Positions 18,884 to 29,124 of a stretch of 57,351 bases of DNA are shown one piece after another. A model generated the notes under the pieces. That model was not told where the DNA came from, did no database searches, and saw only the letters and a program-made list of their open reading frames with translations. The position numbers and the translations under genes are program-made. Within the stretch, counting starts at the first letter, position 1; the number at the start of each line of letters is the position of its first letter. This stretch comes from Candidatus Micrarchaeota archaeon. GTDB lineage: Archaea > Micrarchaeota > Micrarchaeia > Micrarchaeales > CABMGC01. The stretch spans positions 1-57,351 of the forward strand of contig JAJYED010000004.1 in assembly GCA_021790305.1 (NCBI GenBank), in the 5' to 3' direction.

Positions 18884-19971
18884 TGGGGTGTCCCATAATT
18901 ACTCATAAGTGGCCATGACTGCACTTCAGGCCTGATCTTATGAGATTTTACGGGATTGTACAGTTATAAAGAAACAACTTTGCGTCGATTTCCTTCTGTA
19001 TCATATCTTTTGTCTTAGAAAAGACAGATTCTCCGAACATCCCTTTGAACTTCCCATATGCTCCTTCCACTATCCATCTTTTTCCAAAACCAGATTTTTT
19101 CTTCCGTTTCTTTTGTTTTGCAATTCTGTACTTCTTACTGAGAGTGGTATGATACCTGCCATGGTGTCCATGACTGTCACTATCTGTGGGCAAGTCAAAC
19201 TGTTCTATTACTGCCTTTCTTCTCTCCCCTCCACACCTTCTGGTCGCGTTTATTCTTACAGGAACTATGCATCTGAAACTATGTTCCTTTCCCAGTTCAT
19301 GAGTCATTTCTGCGTCCCATGCACGGTCTGCAAAAAGAGATTTCATAGGTCCAAATAACGGATCCAATAATATCTTTGTAGGTTTTATGTCGTGTAGGTT
19401 ATCTTTTGTAACTGTTCTAGTTAACACTCTTCCATTGTCTGTATCTACTGCGAAAAAGAGTTTGATCCAGTCCTTTCTTTTGCCATACATCTTCGTACGG
19501 TATTCTCCATCGTTTACCAGTTTTATTCCTGTAGAATCAATCGCGACCTCAATTTTTTCCCCACTTTTGATTGGATGCGTATTGAAATTTACTTCAGTTT
19601 TCAATTTTTTAATTCGTCTCCACAAAGTCCTAAAATTTGGAGTTTCAACCTGAATATTCCTGAGAATATCTCGTATTGCGCCGGAAACCTGCCTGTAACC
19701 AAACCTGAGAAGACATTTCAAAGCAAATCCTGCAAAAACCAATCCGTTCCCATATATGAACGGTCTGCCGATTTTATCTTCATTCAGCTCCTTCACTTCC
19801 CTGCTTTGAATTAACGCTGCAGGTTCTATATACAGTGAAATCTCTCCTCTTCTTACTAACATATTGTTATATTCTTTCCAATTCCTATTCTTTACCATCT
19901 TAGTCGCCAAAACTAAGATGCCCCTAGGGGTTTATACCCCTTGGGGATTAGTGGAATTATTGGACAACGCA
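18884..19971 (-). mobile_element. complete IS5-family insertion sequence (1088 bp)
   Basis: imperfect TIRs TGGGGTGTCCCATAATT / TGCGTTGTCCAATAATT (14/17), 8-bp TSD, single transposase. Confidence 0.88.
18948..19910 (-). CDS. IS5-family DDE transposase
   Basis: NWKEYN..LVRRG N-terminus, AIDSTG, ADRAWD, KRWIVEGAYGKFKG. Confidence 0.92.
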   Translation of the reverse strand: MATKMVKNRNWKEYNNMLVRRGEISLYIEPAALIQSREVKELNEDKIGRPFIYGNGLVFAGFALKCLLRFGYRQVSGAIRDILRNIQVETPNFRTLWRRIKKLKTEVNFNTHPIKSGEKIEVAIDSTGIKLVNDGEYRTKMYGKRKDWIKLFFAVDTDNGRVLTRTVTKDNLHDIKPTKILLDPLFGPMKSLFADRAWDAEMTHELGKEHSFRCIVPVRINATRRCGGERRKAVIEQFDLPTDSDSHGHHGRYHTTLSKKYRIAKQKKRKKKSGFGKRWIVEGAYGKFKGMFGESVFSKTKDMIQKEIDAKLFLYNCTIP

Positions 19972-20023
19972 GTTTGAAGATAAGATATAAATATCATGAT
20001 ATTCATTTAATTTCCTTGATAGT

Positions 20024-20233
20024 ATGAGAATAAAGGCAAACAAGGCGACTAGATATCACGGGGATGAACTCGGAATAGGAGCACCTGCATTTATAAGCAG
20101 AGATACAGAAGCGACTGACTCCTTTAAATGGGCATATAGGGGAGCTGACGTTGCTTCAAATAATATACCGAGTAAGAAAAATGCCGATTCTAGATTCTCA
20201 GAAGATTACGGCGGAGAGCCGTTGTTTATCTGA
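20024..20233 (+). CDS. small hypothetical protein
   Basis: 69 aa ATG ORF behind a TATA-like GATATAAATA; no motif. Confidence 0.4.
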   Translation: MRIKANKATRYHGDELGIGAPAFISRDTEATDSFKWAYRGADVASNNIPSKKNADSRFSEDYGGEPLFI

Positions 20234-20521
20234 TTATCTCTCTATGACAAACTTTTCATAATCGGGGCACTTTGGAAAATTTCCGGAGTGCTCTTCGTAT
20301 CTTTCTATGTGCATTACAGAAGGTCCGTTTTTCATATCGACATTAATCTCCTTCTCAAATTTATCAATTAATTCTTTTTCTGCTATTGCAATTATCCTGA
20401 CGCTTCCGTTCTCCATGTTCCTCACGCTGCCTTTTATGCTGTTCCTAAAGGCCGCTTTCTTTACTAGCCATCTGTATCCTACGCCCTGCACATTGCCATG
20501 GACTATGAGAAGGATCTTCAT
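20234..20521 (-). CDS. acyP: acylphosphatase
   Basis: VHGNVQGVGYR and G.VRN..NGSV signatures. Confidence 0.92.
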   Translation of the reverse strand: MKILLIVHGNVQGVGYRWLVKKAAFRNSIKGSVRNMENGSVRIIAIAEKELIDKFEKEINVDMKNGPSVMHIERYEEHSGNFPKCPDYEKFVIER

Positions 20522-20564
20522 ATGATAATATGTTTTTAATCAGTATTATATAATCTTTATCTTT

Positions 20565-20602
20565 TTCAAATAAAAGTTGAAATATTACAAATATAAGTTA
20601 GA
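20565..20602. promoter_or_regulatory. candidate tandem operator upstream of the HTH-grpE-dnaK-dnaJ operon
   Basis: TTCAA-N7-TTGAA palindrome plus a degenerate copy 21 bp later, between divergent TATA boxes. Confidence 0.35.
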
Positions 20603-20628
20603 AAAAAGCAAAGATTTATATATTATAT

Positions 20629-21093
20629 ATGTACAGTACAATCATGAGCTCTGGAGATAAGATTATTATAAGGACAGTGAGCAGGCCTTCAGGAAAGGAT
20701 GCAGAGGAACTTGTAGATTGGTTCTGCAGGGTCTTCGGCCTATCCGGAGAGAAGGGAGATATAGAGCCTGTGCTGCTGAAAGAGATAATCATTACTAGCG
20801 TTAACGGAGAGGGAACGACGAGCAAGGTTTTGAATGAGAAGCTTGAACTCCCGAGAAGCACCGTGATATACCATCTAAACAGGTTCATATATTCAGGGCT
20901 TGTTGTGCGCAGAGGCAGAAAGTATTATCTGCGTTCCGAGGATATGGAGAGCACGCTTGAGGAGCTGCAGAGCGAGATTGACAGGGAGTTTGGCCGCATG
21001 ATGGAGTTCGCACAGAGGATGGATAGTTTATTTGAGGGTAATTTAGATGCAAGAAACAGAAGATGGAAAGAAAGACGAAAGGGCAGAGCCTGA
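20629..21093 (+). CDS. winged-helix (ArsR-like) transcriptional regulator, probable heat-shock regulator
   Basis: 'TTSKVLNEKLELPRSTVIYHLNRFIYSGLV' HTH; first gene of the dnaK operon. Confidence 0.8.
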   Translation: MYSTIMSSGDKIIIRTVSRPSGKDAEELVDWFCRVFGLSGEKGDIEPVLLKEIIITSVNGEGTTSKVLNEKLELPRSTVIYHLNRFIYSGLVVRRGRKYYLRSEDMESTLEELQSEIDREFGRMMEFAQRMDSLFEGNLDARNRRWKERRKGRA

Positions 21094-21604
21094 GAAGAAG
21101 GAGACTGCAGAGCAGAGCTCTCCGGAGAAGGAGATAGCTGATCTTAAGGACAGGATGCTCAGGCTTGCTGCTGAATTCGACAACTACAAGAAGCGCGTTG
21201 TCAAGGATCTTGGCGCTTCCTCTGACAAGGGAAAGGCTGAGATAATTGCAAAACTGCTCCCTGTTATAGACGAGTTTGAGCTTGCGATAAGCAATATGGA
21301 TATTAAGCAGGAGCATGCGAAGGGTATCAGTCTGATATACTCGAACTTCATAAGCATACTTAAATCCGCTGGACTCAGGGCACTAGATGTATCTGGAAGG
21401 TACGATCCGTACAAGCAGGAGATAGTTCTTGTGGAAGAGAGCGATGAGGAAGAAGGCACTATAATCGAGGTAGTAAGGAAAGGGTATGCATTCAATGAAA
21501 TAATGCTTAGGCCCGCATCTGTGATAGTCGCGAAGAAGAGGCATGTTGAGCAAACAAAAAACAAAGAAGAAAACAAAGAGGAAAATAAGAAAGATGGTGA
21601 ATGA
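21047..21604 (+). CDS. grpE: nucleotide exchange factor GrpE
   Basis: [25 protein letters not shown]...MLRPASVIV. Confidence 0.95.
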   Translation: MQETEDGKKDERAEPEKKETAEQSSPEKEIADLKDRMLRLAAEFDNYKKRVVKDLGASSDKGKAEIIAKLLPVIDEFELAISNMDIKQEHAKGISLIYSNFISILKSAGLRALDVSGRYDPYKQEIVLVEESDEEEGTIIEVVRKGYAFNEIMLRPASVIVAKKRHVEQTKNKEENKEENKKDGE

Positions 21605-21605
21605 T

Positions 21606-23459
21606 ATGAAAATTATTGGAATAGATCTTGGAACGAGCAACAGTGCTGCAGCAGTACTTGAAGGAGGAAGACCGGTCCTGATACCAAGCGCAGAAGGGAC
21701 CTCGCTTTATGGAAAGTCCTTCCCAAGCTATGTCGCATTTACAAAGGATGGGCAGAGACTTGTCGGAGAGCCTGCAAGGAGGCAGGCTGTAGCAAATCCG
21801 GAAGGGACCGTAGCTGCATTCAAGAGGAAGATGGGTACCGATTTCAAATACGAGATATTCGGTAAGAAGTACTCGCCCCAGGAATTGTCGGCTGCAATAT
21901 TGCAGAAGATAAAGAAGGATGCTGAAGCCTTCCTCGGGGAGGAGGTTATAAAGGCAGTGATAACGGTGCCTGCATACTTTGACGACAACCAGAGGCAGGC
22001 AACAAAGGATGCTGGAGAGATTGCAGGCCTTGAAGTGATAAGGCTTGTCAATGAACCTACAGCTGCTTCTCTTGCATACGGGATAGATAAGGGAGCCAAA
22101 GAGGCGAAGATACTGGTATACGACTTTGGAGGAGGAACGCTTGACGTAACCATAATGGAATTTGGCGGCGGTGTTTTTGAGGTAAAGGCTACAAGCGGAG
22201 ACACCCATCTTGGAGGAACAGATATGGATAATGCAATAGTTGAATTCCTCCTTGCCGAGATAAAGAAGAGCACAGGAGCAGATGTTTCGAAGGACAAGCA
22301 GGCAGTGCAGAGAGTCAGAGAGGCTGGAGAGCGTGCAAAGATAGAACTCTCTACCACAGTTTCGACAGACATAAACCTTCCCTTCCTTGCGATGGGTGCT
22401 AACAACACTCCTGTTAACTTCTCGTACCAGATGAGCAGGGCGAAGCTCGAAGAGATAGTCATACAGATAGTAGAGAGGACGACGAAGCCGGTAATGCAGG
22501 CCATGAAGGATGCGAAGCTTGAGCCAAAGGACATAGACAAGGTAATACTTGTCGGCGGCCCAACAAGGATGCCCATAGTGCAGAGATATATAGAACAGCT
22601 GCTTGGGAAGAAGATAGAGCGCGGCGTTGATCCTATGGAAGCGGTAGCTTTCGGCGCGGCCATACAGGCAGGAGTGCTTACAGGTGAGGTAAAGGATGTC
22701 GTTCTTCTCGACGTTACTCCGCTATCCCTTGGGCTTGAGACCATGGGAGGGGTGATGACCAAGATCATAGACAGGAATACGACAATACCTGTCAAGAGAT
22801 CCCAGATATTCACAACTGCAGAGGATAACCAGCCTACGGTAGACATACACATACTGCAGGGAGAAAGGAGCATTGCAAAAGACAATATAGAGCTTGGCAG
22901 ATTCGAGCTCACAGGTCTTCCTCCAGCAAGAAGAGGAACGCCGCAGATAGAGGTTACCTTCGACATAGATGCAAACGGGATACTCCACGTCCATGCAAAG
23001 GATAAGGCAACAGGAAAAGAGCAATCCATGCAGGTAATGGCACCTAACAAGATGAACAGGGATGATATTGAGACGAAGATAAAGGAGGCTGAGCAGAACG
23101 CAGAGCAGGATAAGGAGCTGCTTGAAAAGATACAGCTCAAGAATGACGCCGAGTCCATCATATACACTACTGACAGAGCGCTGAAGGATTACAAGGATAA
23201 GATACCTGCTGACGTATCTGACAGCATAAGCAACTTGAAGAATGAGCTTGAGGATGCGGTAAAGAAAGAGGATTATCAGGGAATAAAGGACGGGCTTGAC
23301 AAGCTCAGGGAGGAGCTCCAGAAGATAGGCGGAAGCATGTATGGGCAGGGAGCTGGAGGAGAACCTGGACCAGAAGCTGCGCCTGGCCCTGGTCCCGGTC
23401 CTGATGCAGGAGAGGGAGGAGATGGAAGCGTAGATGCGGATTTCAAAGTGCAGAAATAG
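21606..23459 (+). CDS. dnaK: chaperone DnaK (Hsp70)
   Basis: [33 protein letters not shown]; GGTGA RBS before ATG 21606. Confidence 0.98.
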   Translation: MKIIGIDLGTSNSAAAVLEGGRPVLIPSAEGTSLYGKSFPSYVAFTKDGQRLVGEPARRQAVANPEGTVAAFKRKMGTDFKYEIFGKKYSPQELSAAILQKIKKDAEAFLGEEVIKAVITVPAYFDDNQRQATKDAGEIAGLEVIRLVNEPTAASLAYGIDKGAKEAKILVYDFGGGTLDVTIMEFGGGVFEVKATSGDTHLGGTDMDNAIVEFLLAEIKKSTGADVSKDKQAVQRVREAGERAKIELSTTVSTDINLPFLAMGANNTPVNFSYQMSRAKLEEIVIQIVERTTKPVMQAMKDAKLEPKDIDKVILVGGPTRMPIVQRYIEQLLGKKIERGVDPMEAVAFGAAIQAGVLTGEVKDVVLLDVTPLSLGLETMGGVMTKIIDRNTTIPVKRSQIFTTAEDNQPTVDIHILQGERSIAKDNIELGRFELTGLPPARRGTPQIEVTFDIDANGILHVHAKDKATGKEQSMQVMAPNKMNRDDIETKIKEAEQNAEQDKELLEKIQLKNDAESIIYTTDRALKDYKDKIPADVSDSISNLKNELEDAVKKEDYQGIKDGLDKLREELQKIGGSMYGQGAGGEPGPEAAPGPGPGPDAGEGGDGSVDADFKVQK

Positions 23460-23468
23460 GGTTGAACG

Positions 23469-24593
23469 ATGGCAAAGGATTACTATAGCATTCTCGGAGT
23501 TCCAAAGAACGCTAGCCAAGCCCAGATAAAGGAGGCTTACAGGAAGCTTGTGCTGAAGAACCACCCTGACATAAACAAGAACGATGAAGCCAAGACCAAG
23601 ATGCAGGAGATAAACGAGGCTTATGCGGTCCTTGGAAACGAGGAGAAGCGCAAGCAGTATGATACATATGGTCCGGAGATGTTCAACAGGCAGTTCTCCC
23701 AAGAGGACATATTCAGGGGCATGAACTTTGAAGATATTATAAGGGATATGGGCCTCAACATAAACTTCGGCGGCTTCGGATCTGAAGACCTTTTCGGCAG
23801 CTTCTTTGGAGGACCTAGGCAGAACAGGGATGTTGGACAGAGCATATTATACAGGATGGACCTTACGCTGGAAGAGATAGCAAGAGGTACAAAGAAGAAG
23901 ATAACAATAAAGCATCTAAAGAGGTGCTCCCGCTGCTCCGGAGCAGGAGGAGAGCCAGGTTCAAAGCCCGTAAAGTGCCCAAGGTGTAAGGGCACAGGGT
24001 ACATAAGCAGGCAGCAGCGCTCGATGTTTGGCAGCATAAACACCGTTACCCCTTGTGAAGATTGCGGGGGAGCTGGAAAATACTATGACAAGGTATGCAA
24101 AGTATGCTCAGGAAAAGGAGGGGTCCTTGCATCTGAGAATGTCGAGGTTTCCATTCCTTCCGGAGTTACCCATGGGATGAGGCTGCGCCTTGAAGGCATG
24201 GGAGATTTTGGAAAGGATGGAAATGGAGACCTTTACATAGAGATAAGAGAGCTTGGTCATCGCATTTTCAAGAGGAGCGGGGATACGGTCATGGTTGATG
24301 TAAAGGTACCGTTTTACATAGCGGCACTTGGAGGAGGCGTATCCGTTCCGACGCTCTTGCATGGAAATAAGGAGATTGAGATAGAAAAAGGTACGCAGCA
24401 GGGAAAGAAGATATTCCTCAAGGACGAGGGGATTAAGAGATTCAATGGAAGTGCGATAGGAGAGGAGATAGCAGTAGTGAATATAGAGATACCTAAAGAG
24501 CTGACAAAGGAGGAAAGGGAGCTTATGGAAAAGCTCAAGGAGCTTGGGGAGCAGCATAAAGATGGCTCTAAGAAAAGGTTCGGCTTGTTCTGA
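23469..24593 (+). CDS. dnaJ: chaperone DnaJ
   Basis: J domain with HPD, G/F region, four CxxCxGxG repeats. Confidence 0.97.
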   Translation: MAKDYYSILGVPKNASQAQIKEAYRKLVLKNHPDINKNDEAKTKMQEINEAYAVLGNEEKRKQYDTYGPEMFNRQFSQEDIFRGMNFEDIIRDMGLNINFGGFGSEDLFGSFFGGPRQNRDVGQSILYRMDLTLEEIARGTKKKITIKHLKRCSRCSGAGGEPGSKPVKCPRCKGTGYISRQQRSMFGSINTVTPCEDCGGAGKYYDKVCKVCSGKGGVLASENVEVSIPSGVTHGMRLRLEGMGDFGKDGNGDLYIEIRELGHRIFKRSGDTVMVDVKVPFYIAALGGGVSVPTLLHGNKEIEIEKGTQQGKKIFLKDEGIKRFNGSAIGEEIAVVNIEIPKELTKEERELMEKLKELGEQHKDGSKKRFGLF

Positions 24594-24641
24594 GTAGTGC
24601 GATACCTATTTAAAATTGGGATTTCAGATATATTCGATATT

Positions 24642-25340
24642 ATGCGCTTCTCGATGTACCATGCGATTCTTCTAGTGTGCATATTTACAGCCACAGGATA
24701 TGGTGCAAGCGTTAATTCCACTAATCAGACAACAGGCTACTCGACCATACTTGTAAATACCTCTTTTGTTATGCCAAATTATCAAACCAAGTACGTTAAC
24801 TTCATTGTTTATCCTCTTTCAAACGTAAGCAGCTACACTACTCTAGAGTTGCTGAATCAGAGCTCATTCACAAAATATAACATGAGCGTAAAGCTTCTGA
24901 ACAATAGCGGGTATCCGCCATTCGTGGGTCAGATTGTGATTGCGCCGACAAATCATACGCCTAGTAATTTTTATCTGATCCGGTTGCAGGCTGTTGGTGG
25001 AAATCCTTCGAACTTTACCGAGGTTGTTAACGTAACCATACTTAACAGCACGCTGTATGAAGAGTATATAGGCCTGCAGAATTCCGTAAACAGCATAATA
25101 AATGGAAATACGACTTCCGTAAGCACGGTTAGCACCGTACCTGTAACACAGCAGACTACAGCCATTTACAATACTGCCAGTTCTGTGCAGACAACAGCTT
25201 ACGTCAATACAACTATAGCCACTACTGTTGCAACTGCTGCGCCACAGAATGGTAACTTGCTTTTGTATGCGGTTATCGTAATAGTGGTTGTGGTAGCGAT
25301 TGGCACATACCTGTTTTTGATGAATAAGAAGAGGCGATGA
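24642..25340 (+). CDS. secreted Thr-rich, membrane-anchored surface glycoprotein
   Basis: signal peptide, sequons, Thr-rich stalk, TM plus NKKRR. Confidence 0.75.
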   Translation: MRFSMYHAILLVCIFTATGYGASVNSTNQTTGYSTILVNTSFVMPNYQTKYVNFIVYPLSNVSSYTTLELLNQSSFTKYNMSVKLLNNSGYPPFVGQIVIAPTNHTPSNFYLIRLQAVGGNPSNFTEVVNVTILNSTLYEEYIGLQNSVNSIINGNTTSVSTVSTVPVTQQTTAIYNTASSVQTTAYVNTTIATTVATAAPQNGNLLLYAVIVIVVVVAIGTYLFLMNKKRR

Positions 25341-25343
25341 TTC

Positions 25344-25652
25344 ATGAAAGGAAATAAGGTACAGGCAGAGGTAGCCGAATTTCGTATAAAAAGGCTCTTC
25401 TCGCTTGCAAAAGAATCGATGGATCCAGATTCGCCAATGCATGGGCTAGGAAAGAGATACGTACATATAGCAGAGGAGATAAGCTCGCATTACAGGATAA
25501 GGATACCTGATAAGATAAGGGTACAGATATGCCGGTCTTGCCATAATCTTCTTGTCCCTGGAATAAACGCAAAGGTAAGAGTAGTCTCTGACAAGGATTA
25601 TGTTGCTTATTTATGCGAGTGTGGAGCGGAGCGCCACATTTTTTACAGATAG
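25344..25652 (+). CDS. rnp4: ribonuclease P protein component 4 (Rpp21)
   Basis: RIKRLF, RYV, ICRSC..LLVPG, CECG. Confidence 0.92.
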   Translation: MKGNKVQAEVAEFRIKRLFSLAKESMDPDSPMHGLGKRYVHIAEEISSHYRIRIPDKIRVQICRSCHNLLVPGINAKVRVVSDKDYVAYLCECGAERHIFYR

Positions 25653-25656
25653 TATC

Positions 25657-26178
25657 TTATTTTACGCCAAGCTTTTTTAGCATCAGTTCGGACAATACGT
25701 CTACTCTCTCCGGATCGCTTAGCGTTATTATGTTTTTCTGGTCTTCCAGATAGTTTTCAGAAGCCTTGCCATGGTACAGCCTGATTACATCTCTTATTGA
25801 AGGGTCTTTTGGGGCTGCCACTTTTATCTCTGATATTATATTTGATCTTGCGATTATCTTTATTGCATTGTTTATCCCCACTATTATCTTGCCCCTGTTT
25901 GCGAATGAGGATATAACTTCAAGGAGAGGCCTGAAATCGTATAGTCTGTAAGACTCCACCCCAGGACCATCTGCCAGTATTATGGCATCGAAATCGTTGC
26001 CTTTTATGCGGCCTGCGTTAGTGAATCTGCTGTATACTGCACCATGAGAGCCAACGCACTCTTTTGTAGAGTAGCTTGCAAGCACGACTTCCACTCCCCA
26101 TTTTTCAAGCGTATTTTTTATGCTTGATATAGATTCATCCCTGAAGTCCTTTGGAGGTATAAGCATTACTACGCGCAT
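25657..26178 (-). CDS. DJ-1/PfpI family protein, catalytic Cys absent
   Basis: PPKDFRDES, FDAIILADGPG, GKIIVGINNA where AIC.. is expected. Confidence 0.8.
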   Translation of the reverse strand: MRVVMLIPPKDFRDESISSIKNTLEKWGVEVVLASYSTKECVGSHGAVYSRFTNAGRIKGNDFDAIILADGPGVESYRLYDFRPLLEVISSFANRGKIIVGINNAIKIIARSNIISEIKVAAPKDPSIRDVIRLYHGKASENYLEDQKNIITLSDPERVDVLSELMLKKLGVK

Positions 26179-26216
26179 TTTATCACAAATTGTTGGACTA
26201 TAAAGATTATAACCTT

Positions 26217-28214
26217 TTACATGCCCCTATGCAGCCTTGACCTGGATATGAAATATACTATGAATGCTATTGCAACTATTCCTATTAAAATCTCAATGTC
26301 ATATACAGATACAAATATCTGTCTTATCTGGGTGCCGCCAGATGCAGAAGCATACTCGGTTATTCCACCATAGGTCGCACTCAGGTTTACCATGCCGTAT
26401 GGAAGATCCCTGAATGATATCCTTCCGTCAGTAGCTTGTAAATTTTCTGAACTTCCGTTGGCAAAAACCGCATGGATAGTTGCGTTTATAGGATTGTCAA
26501 AAATATCGGTGAATGTTGCGTTTATATTATACAGGGGCAGATTTACGAATACCGTACTGTTGCGCGTTATGCTTATCGGTTGGTTTAGTGCCATCTTCAT
26601 GTTGTCGTAGTAGACTCCGGTTATGTTATATGTCTGATCAGGGAATAGGAAGGCTGAATTATTGTATGCCTTGCCGTTTAGGTATATCTTTGAAGGGAAG
26701 ACCCTGTTTCCATATTCGTCTGTGGTCTCGAGAGAGGCAAGGTACTGCTTCTTGAATATTGCAGCCACAGTTACCGGCCGAGTCACGATGAAATTCATGT
26801 ATGTGTCAGAAGAGCCGTTGCTCCATGCGTAGAATGATGTTTGTGAAAAGTTCGATCTTTTTACTGTGTAGTTGCTAATTGATACTGTGGCGTTGGTGCC
26901 ATAGGCATACCATCCACTTCCGCTTATGCTGCCGTACTTTGAGCTTGCGTTTACGTAGTATTCCTTGATGAAAGTTGCGCTGATGTTGAATGGAGAATTG
27001 GCATATGCGCTTCCGGAAGGTTTATTGTTCCCGTTTGACCAGTTTTGGAAGACGTACCTTGTTGTTTGGTTGTAATAATAAGTGGAATTGTCTACGGCAT
27101 AGTTCACCATGCTTCCTGCATTATACCAGCCAGCGCCTTTTGCTGCACCATAAGAAGAATTTACATTTATCAGGTATTGAAGCTGCCAGTTTGCGTTCTC
27201 AGTTATATTGCTCGATATTGAGATAGTAGTGGAGTTATCCGGTCCTGTATAGCTGCCTGCTCCTGTGCCTGACCAGCCTTCGAACACTGCCCTTGTACCG
27301 TTTCCCATGTACACATACTTTGGCTCTGATATCTGCTGGCTTGAGTAAGCCTGGAATTGTGCTGTTGAATTCTTGGCACCGTATGCAGAGATGATCTTGA
27401 GGTAATAGCCGAAGTCCCATAGTTGGTATCCGTTGTTTGGCTGCGCAAGTCCTGAACCTGCCTCAAAATAGTTTATTCTTGACCCTATCTCTGAGACACC
27501 GTAAGGGTTTTGCAATGCCTTGTCGCTTCCTACACCATATCCTATGTAAGAATAGCCGTGCGGCACAGGATAGACTTCTCCTGCAGAATTGTAGAAAGAG
27601 AAATTTGAGAATATAACTGGCAGTATACGGGTGTTTGCGCCTGTAGAATTTGCCATCTCACCGAAGGCAACAGGTGCATTGCTCCCTGAAGATCCTGTCC
27701 CAAGATCGACTGTGCCTATCTGATTTCCGTTTAATAGAAAATGCCATACTCCGTTTGAATAATAAAACGAATACCTGTTGAATTTGCCATCAGGTCCAGC
27801 TGAACCGTCTGGCCCTATTGCACCCATAAAGGTGCTTGAATTAGAATTAGGAAGGAAGTATTCGTAGAACCATTCTGCGTCGCCTTTGTTTATGTACGCT
27901 GTGCTTGTGCAGTTGTATTGATTGCAGTATGAAGGATAGTTGCCGGACTGGTTTTCTATAACGTAGCCCACCTGTATGAATGCACCGTTTGCCAGGTTTT
28001 CGCCTGTCCAGAAGCCTATGGAGCCATTTTCCAGATAAGGCTGTGCTACTGTCTGTATTGTCACGGCTGCGCCTGTGTTATGGTAGGTTATCTGGTCCCC
28101 TGTCGCACCGAACTGGAACCAGTACTGGGCGTTGGCACTGTAAATAAGTACAGAGGCAAGTATGAAAATAGCAAATGCATCACGCCCTCTCATAGTCAAT
28201 CCCAAGCTCTTCAA
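26217..28214 (-). CDS. large secreted multidomain surface protein with C-terminal anchor
   Basis: signal peptide, beta-rich N-domain, repeated 'Y.V...S.YG...G.GWY..G' modules, C-terminal TM. Confidence 0.75.
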   Translation of the reverse strand: MKSLGLTMRGRDAFAIFILASVLIYSANAQYWFQFGATGDQITYHNTGAAVTIQTVAQPYLENGSIGFWTGENLANGAFIQVGYVIENQSGNYPSYCNQYNCTSTAYINKGDAEWFYEYFLPNSNSSTFMGAIGPDGSAGPDGKFNRYSFYYSNGVWHFLLNGNQIGTVDLGTGSSGSNAPVAFGEMANSTGANTRILPVIFSNFSFYNSAGEVYPVPHGYSYIGYGVGSDKALQNPYGVSEIGSRINYFEAGSGLAQPNNGYQLWDFGYYLKIISAYGAKNSTAQFQAYSSQQISEPKYVYMGNGTRAVFEGWSGTGAGSYTGPDNSTTISISSNITENANWQLQYLINVNSSYGAAKGAGWYNAGSMVNYAVDNSTYYYNQTTRYVFQNWSNGNNKPSGSAYANSPFNISATFIKEYYVNASSKYGSISGSGWYAYGTNATVSISNYTVKRSNFSQTSFYAWSNGSSDTYMNFIVTRPVTVAAIFKKQYLASLETTDEYGNRVFPSKIYLNGKAYNNSAFLFPDQTYNITGVYYDNMKMALNQPISITRNSTVFVNLPLYNINATFTDIFDNPINATIHAVFANGSSENLQATDGRISFRDLPYGMVNLSATYGGITEYASASGGTQIRQIFVSVYDIEILIGIVAIAFIVYFISRSRLHRGM

Positions 28215-28983
28215 GTTTATTTATAATCGCAGACCTAGGCTCCGATCCCAAGCTCTTCCAGTCTATGACTGCAAGTTCGGTTTCCTGGTCGCTCCTTTTT
28301 ATCGCAGCCTCGATCATATCAGTATTCCATGTGCTGCCATCTTTTATAAAAGAGTGGCTGGGCATTATGTGCCCGAATGCATAGCCCTTTTCCAGCGCCA
28401 GCCTTGTGAATTTTGATGGATAATGGTTTCCGCCTATGCCTATAACAGCATGTGAATAATCCTGGGAGTTATCTGCCATGGACTGTGCGGCGCTTATCGA
28501 AGCCTGTCCGAGAATTTCTGCCGATTCATGATTGCTAACCATGGCTTCGCTTCCTCCGAACTCTATGAATGTACAGGGAGTATCGAGCAGAGGGCCGTGA
28601 TGTGTGGCTTCGTATACCTTGTTTGTCCCTTCTGGTGCTCTTTCCGATAGATTCCTCATGCATGCAAGCATGAGTACAGGAGAAGAGGTTGAGAGTTTCT
28701 TCGGCATGCCCCCTAGCGATGCCTCTTTTGTCCAATTCCCTAAGGAGTGGGATGTGAAAGAGGTTATGCCTGCAGAGCTGTGATGCCTGCTCATGAATAG
28801 CACTGTGCTGAAACCCATCTTGTCCACATAGTCTGCGGTAATGAGAGATCCTTCGATCCTGAGCAGCTCTACCTTGTCCTGAATGACCCTTCCATCCCTG
28901 TCCTCGAAATCATACCCCTTTTTTATGAACTCGGCGGCATTCTTTGATACAGGATCGCTATCTGAATAGGCTATGCATATCAT
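28180..28983 (-). CDS. dtdA: D-aminoacyl-tRNA deacylase (archaeal DtdA/GEK1 type)
   Basis: SRHHS, H..GN, YEATHHGP, FIEFG, GIGGNHY, GHIMP, IDWKS. Confidence 0.92.
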   Translation of the reverse strand: MICIAYSDSDPVSKNAAEFIKKGYDFEDRDGRVIQDKVELLRIEGSLITADYVDKMGFSTVLFMSRHHSSAGITSFTSHSLGNWTKEASLGGMPKKLSTSSPVLMLACMRNLSERAPEGTNKVYEATHHGPLLDTPCTFIEFGGSEAMVSNHESAEILGQASISAAQSMADNSQDYSHAVIGIGGNHYPSKFTRLALEKGYAFGHIMPSHSFIKDGSTWNTDMIEAAIKRSDQETELAVIDWKSLGSEPRSAIINKLEELGIDYERA

Positions 28984-29124
28984 GCTAACGCATCGGATAA
29001 GGGTTTTCAAGATATAAAGCTTGAGGTTAGTTGTCTTCAGAGAACTTCAAATTAAGATAAGCTATATATTATTATCGTGGTTAGTAGTTGTATAGCTTTT
29101 TGCTGATGCTCTGGCATAGGTGAT

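Noticed and set aside
20552-20616. Outer imperfect inverted repeat AATCTTTATCTTTTTC / GAAAAAAGCAAAGATT
   Set aside because: Explained by mirror-image BRE-TATA elements of two divergent promoters
21543-21605. Basic N-terminal extension of DnaK in the ORF track
   Set aside because: Overlaps the grpE tail; the RBS and family N-terminus point to ATG 21606
23345-23430. Gly/Pro repeats in the DnaK tail
   Set aside because: Ordinary disordered Hsp70 C-terminus
21507-23702. Antisense ORFs of 233, 479 and 326 aa opposite dnaK/dnaJ
   Set aside because: Long antisense frames are a well-known by-product of Hsp70 codon usage
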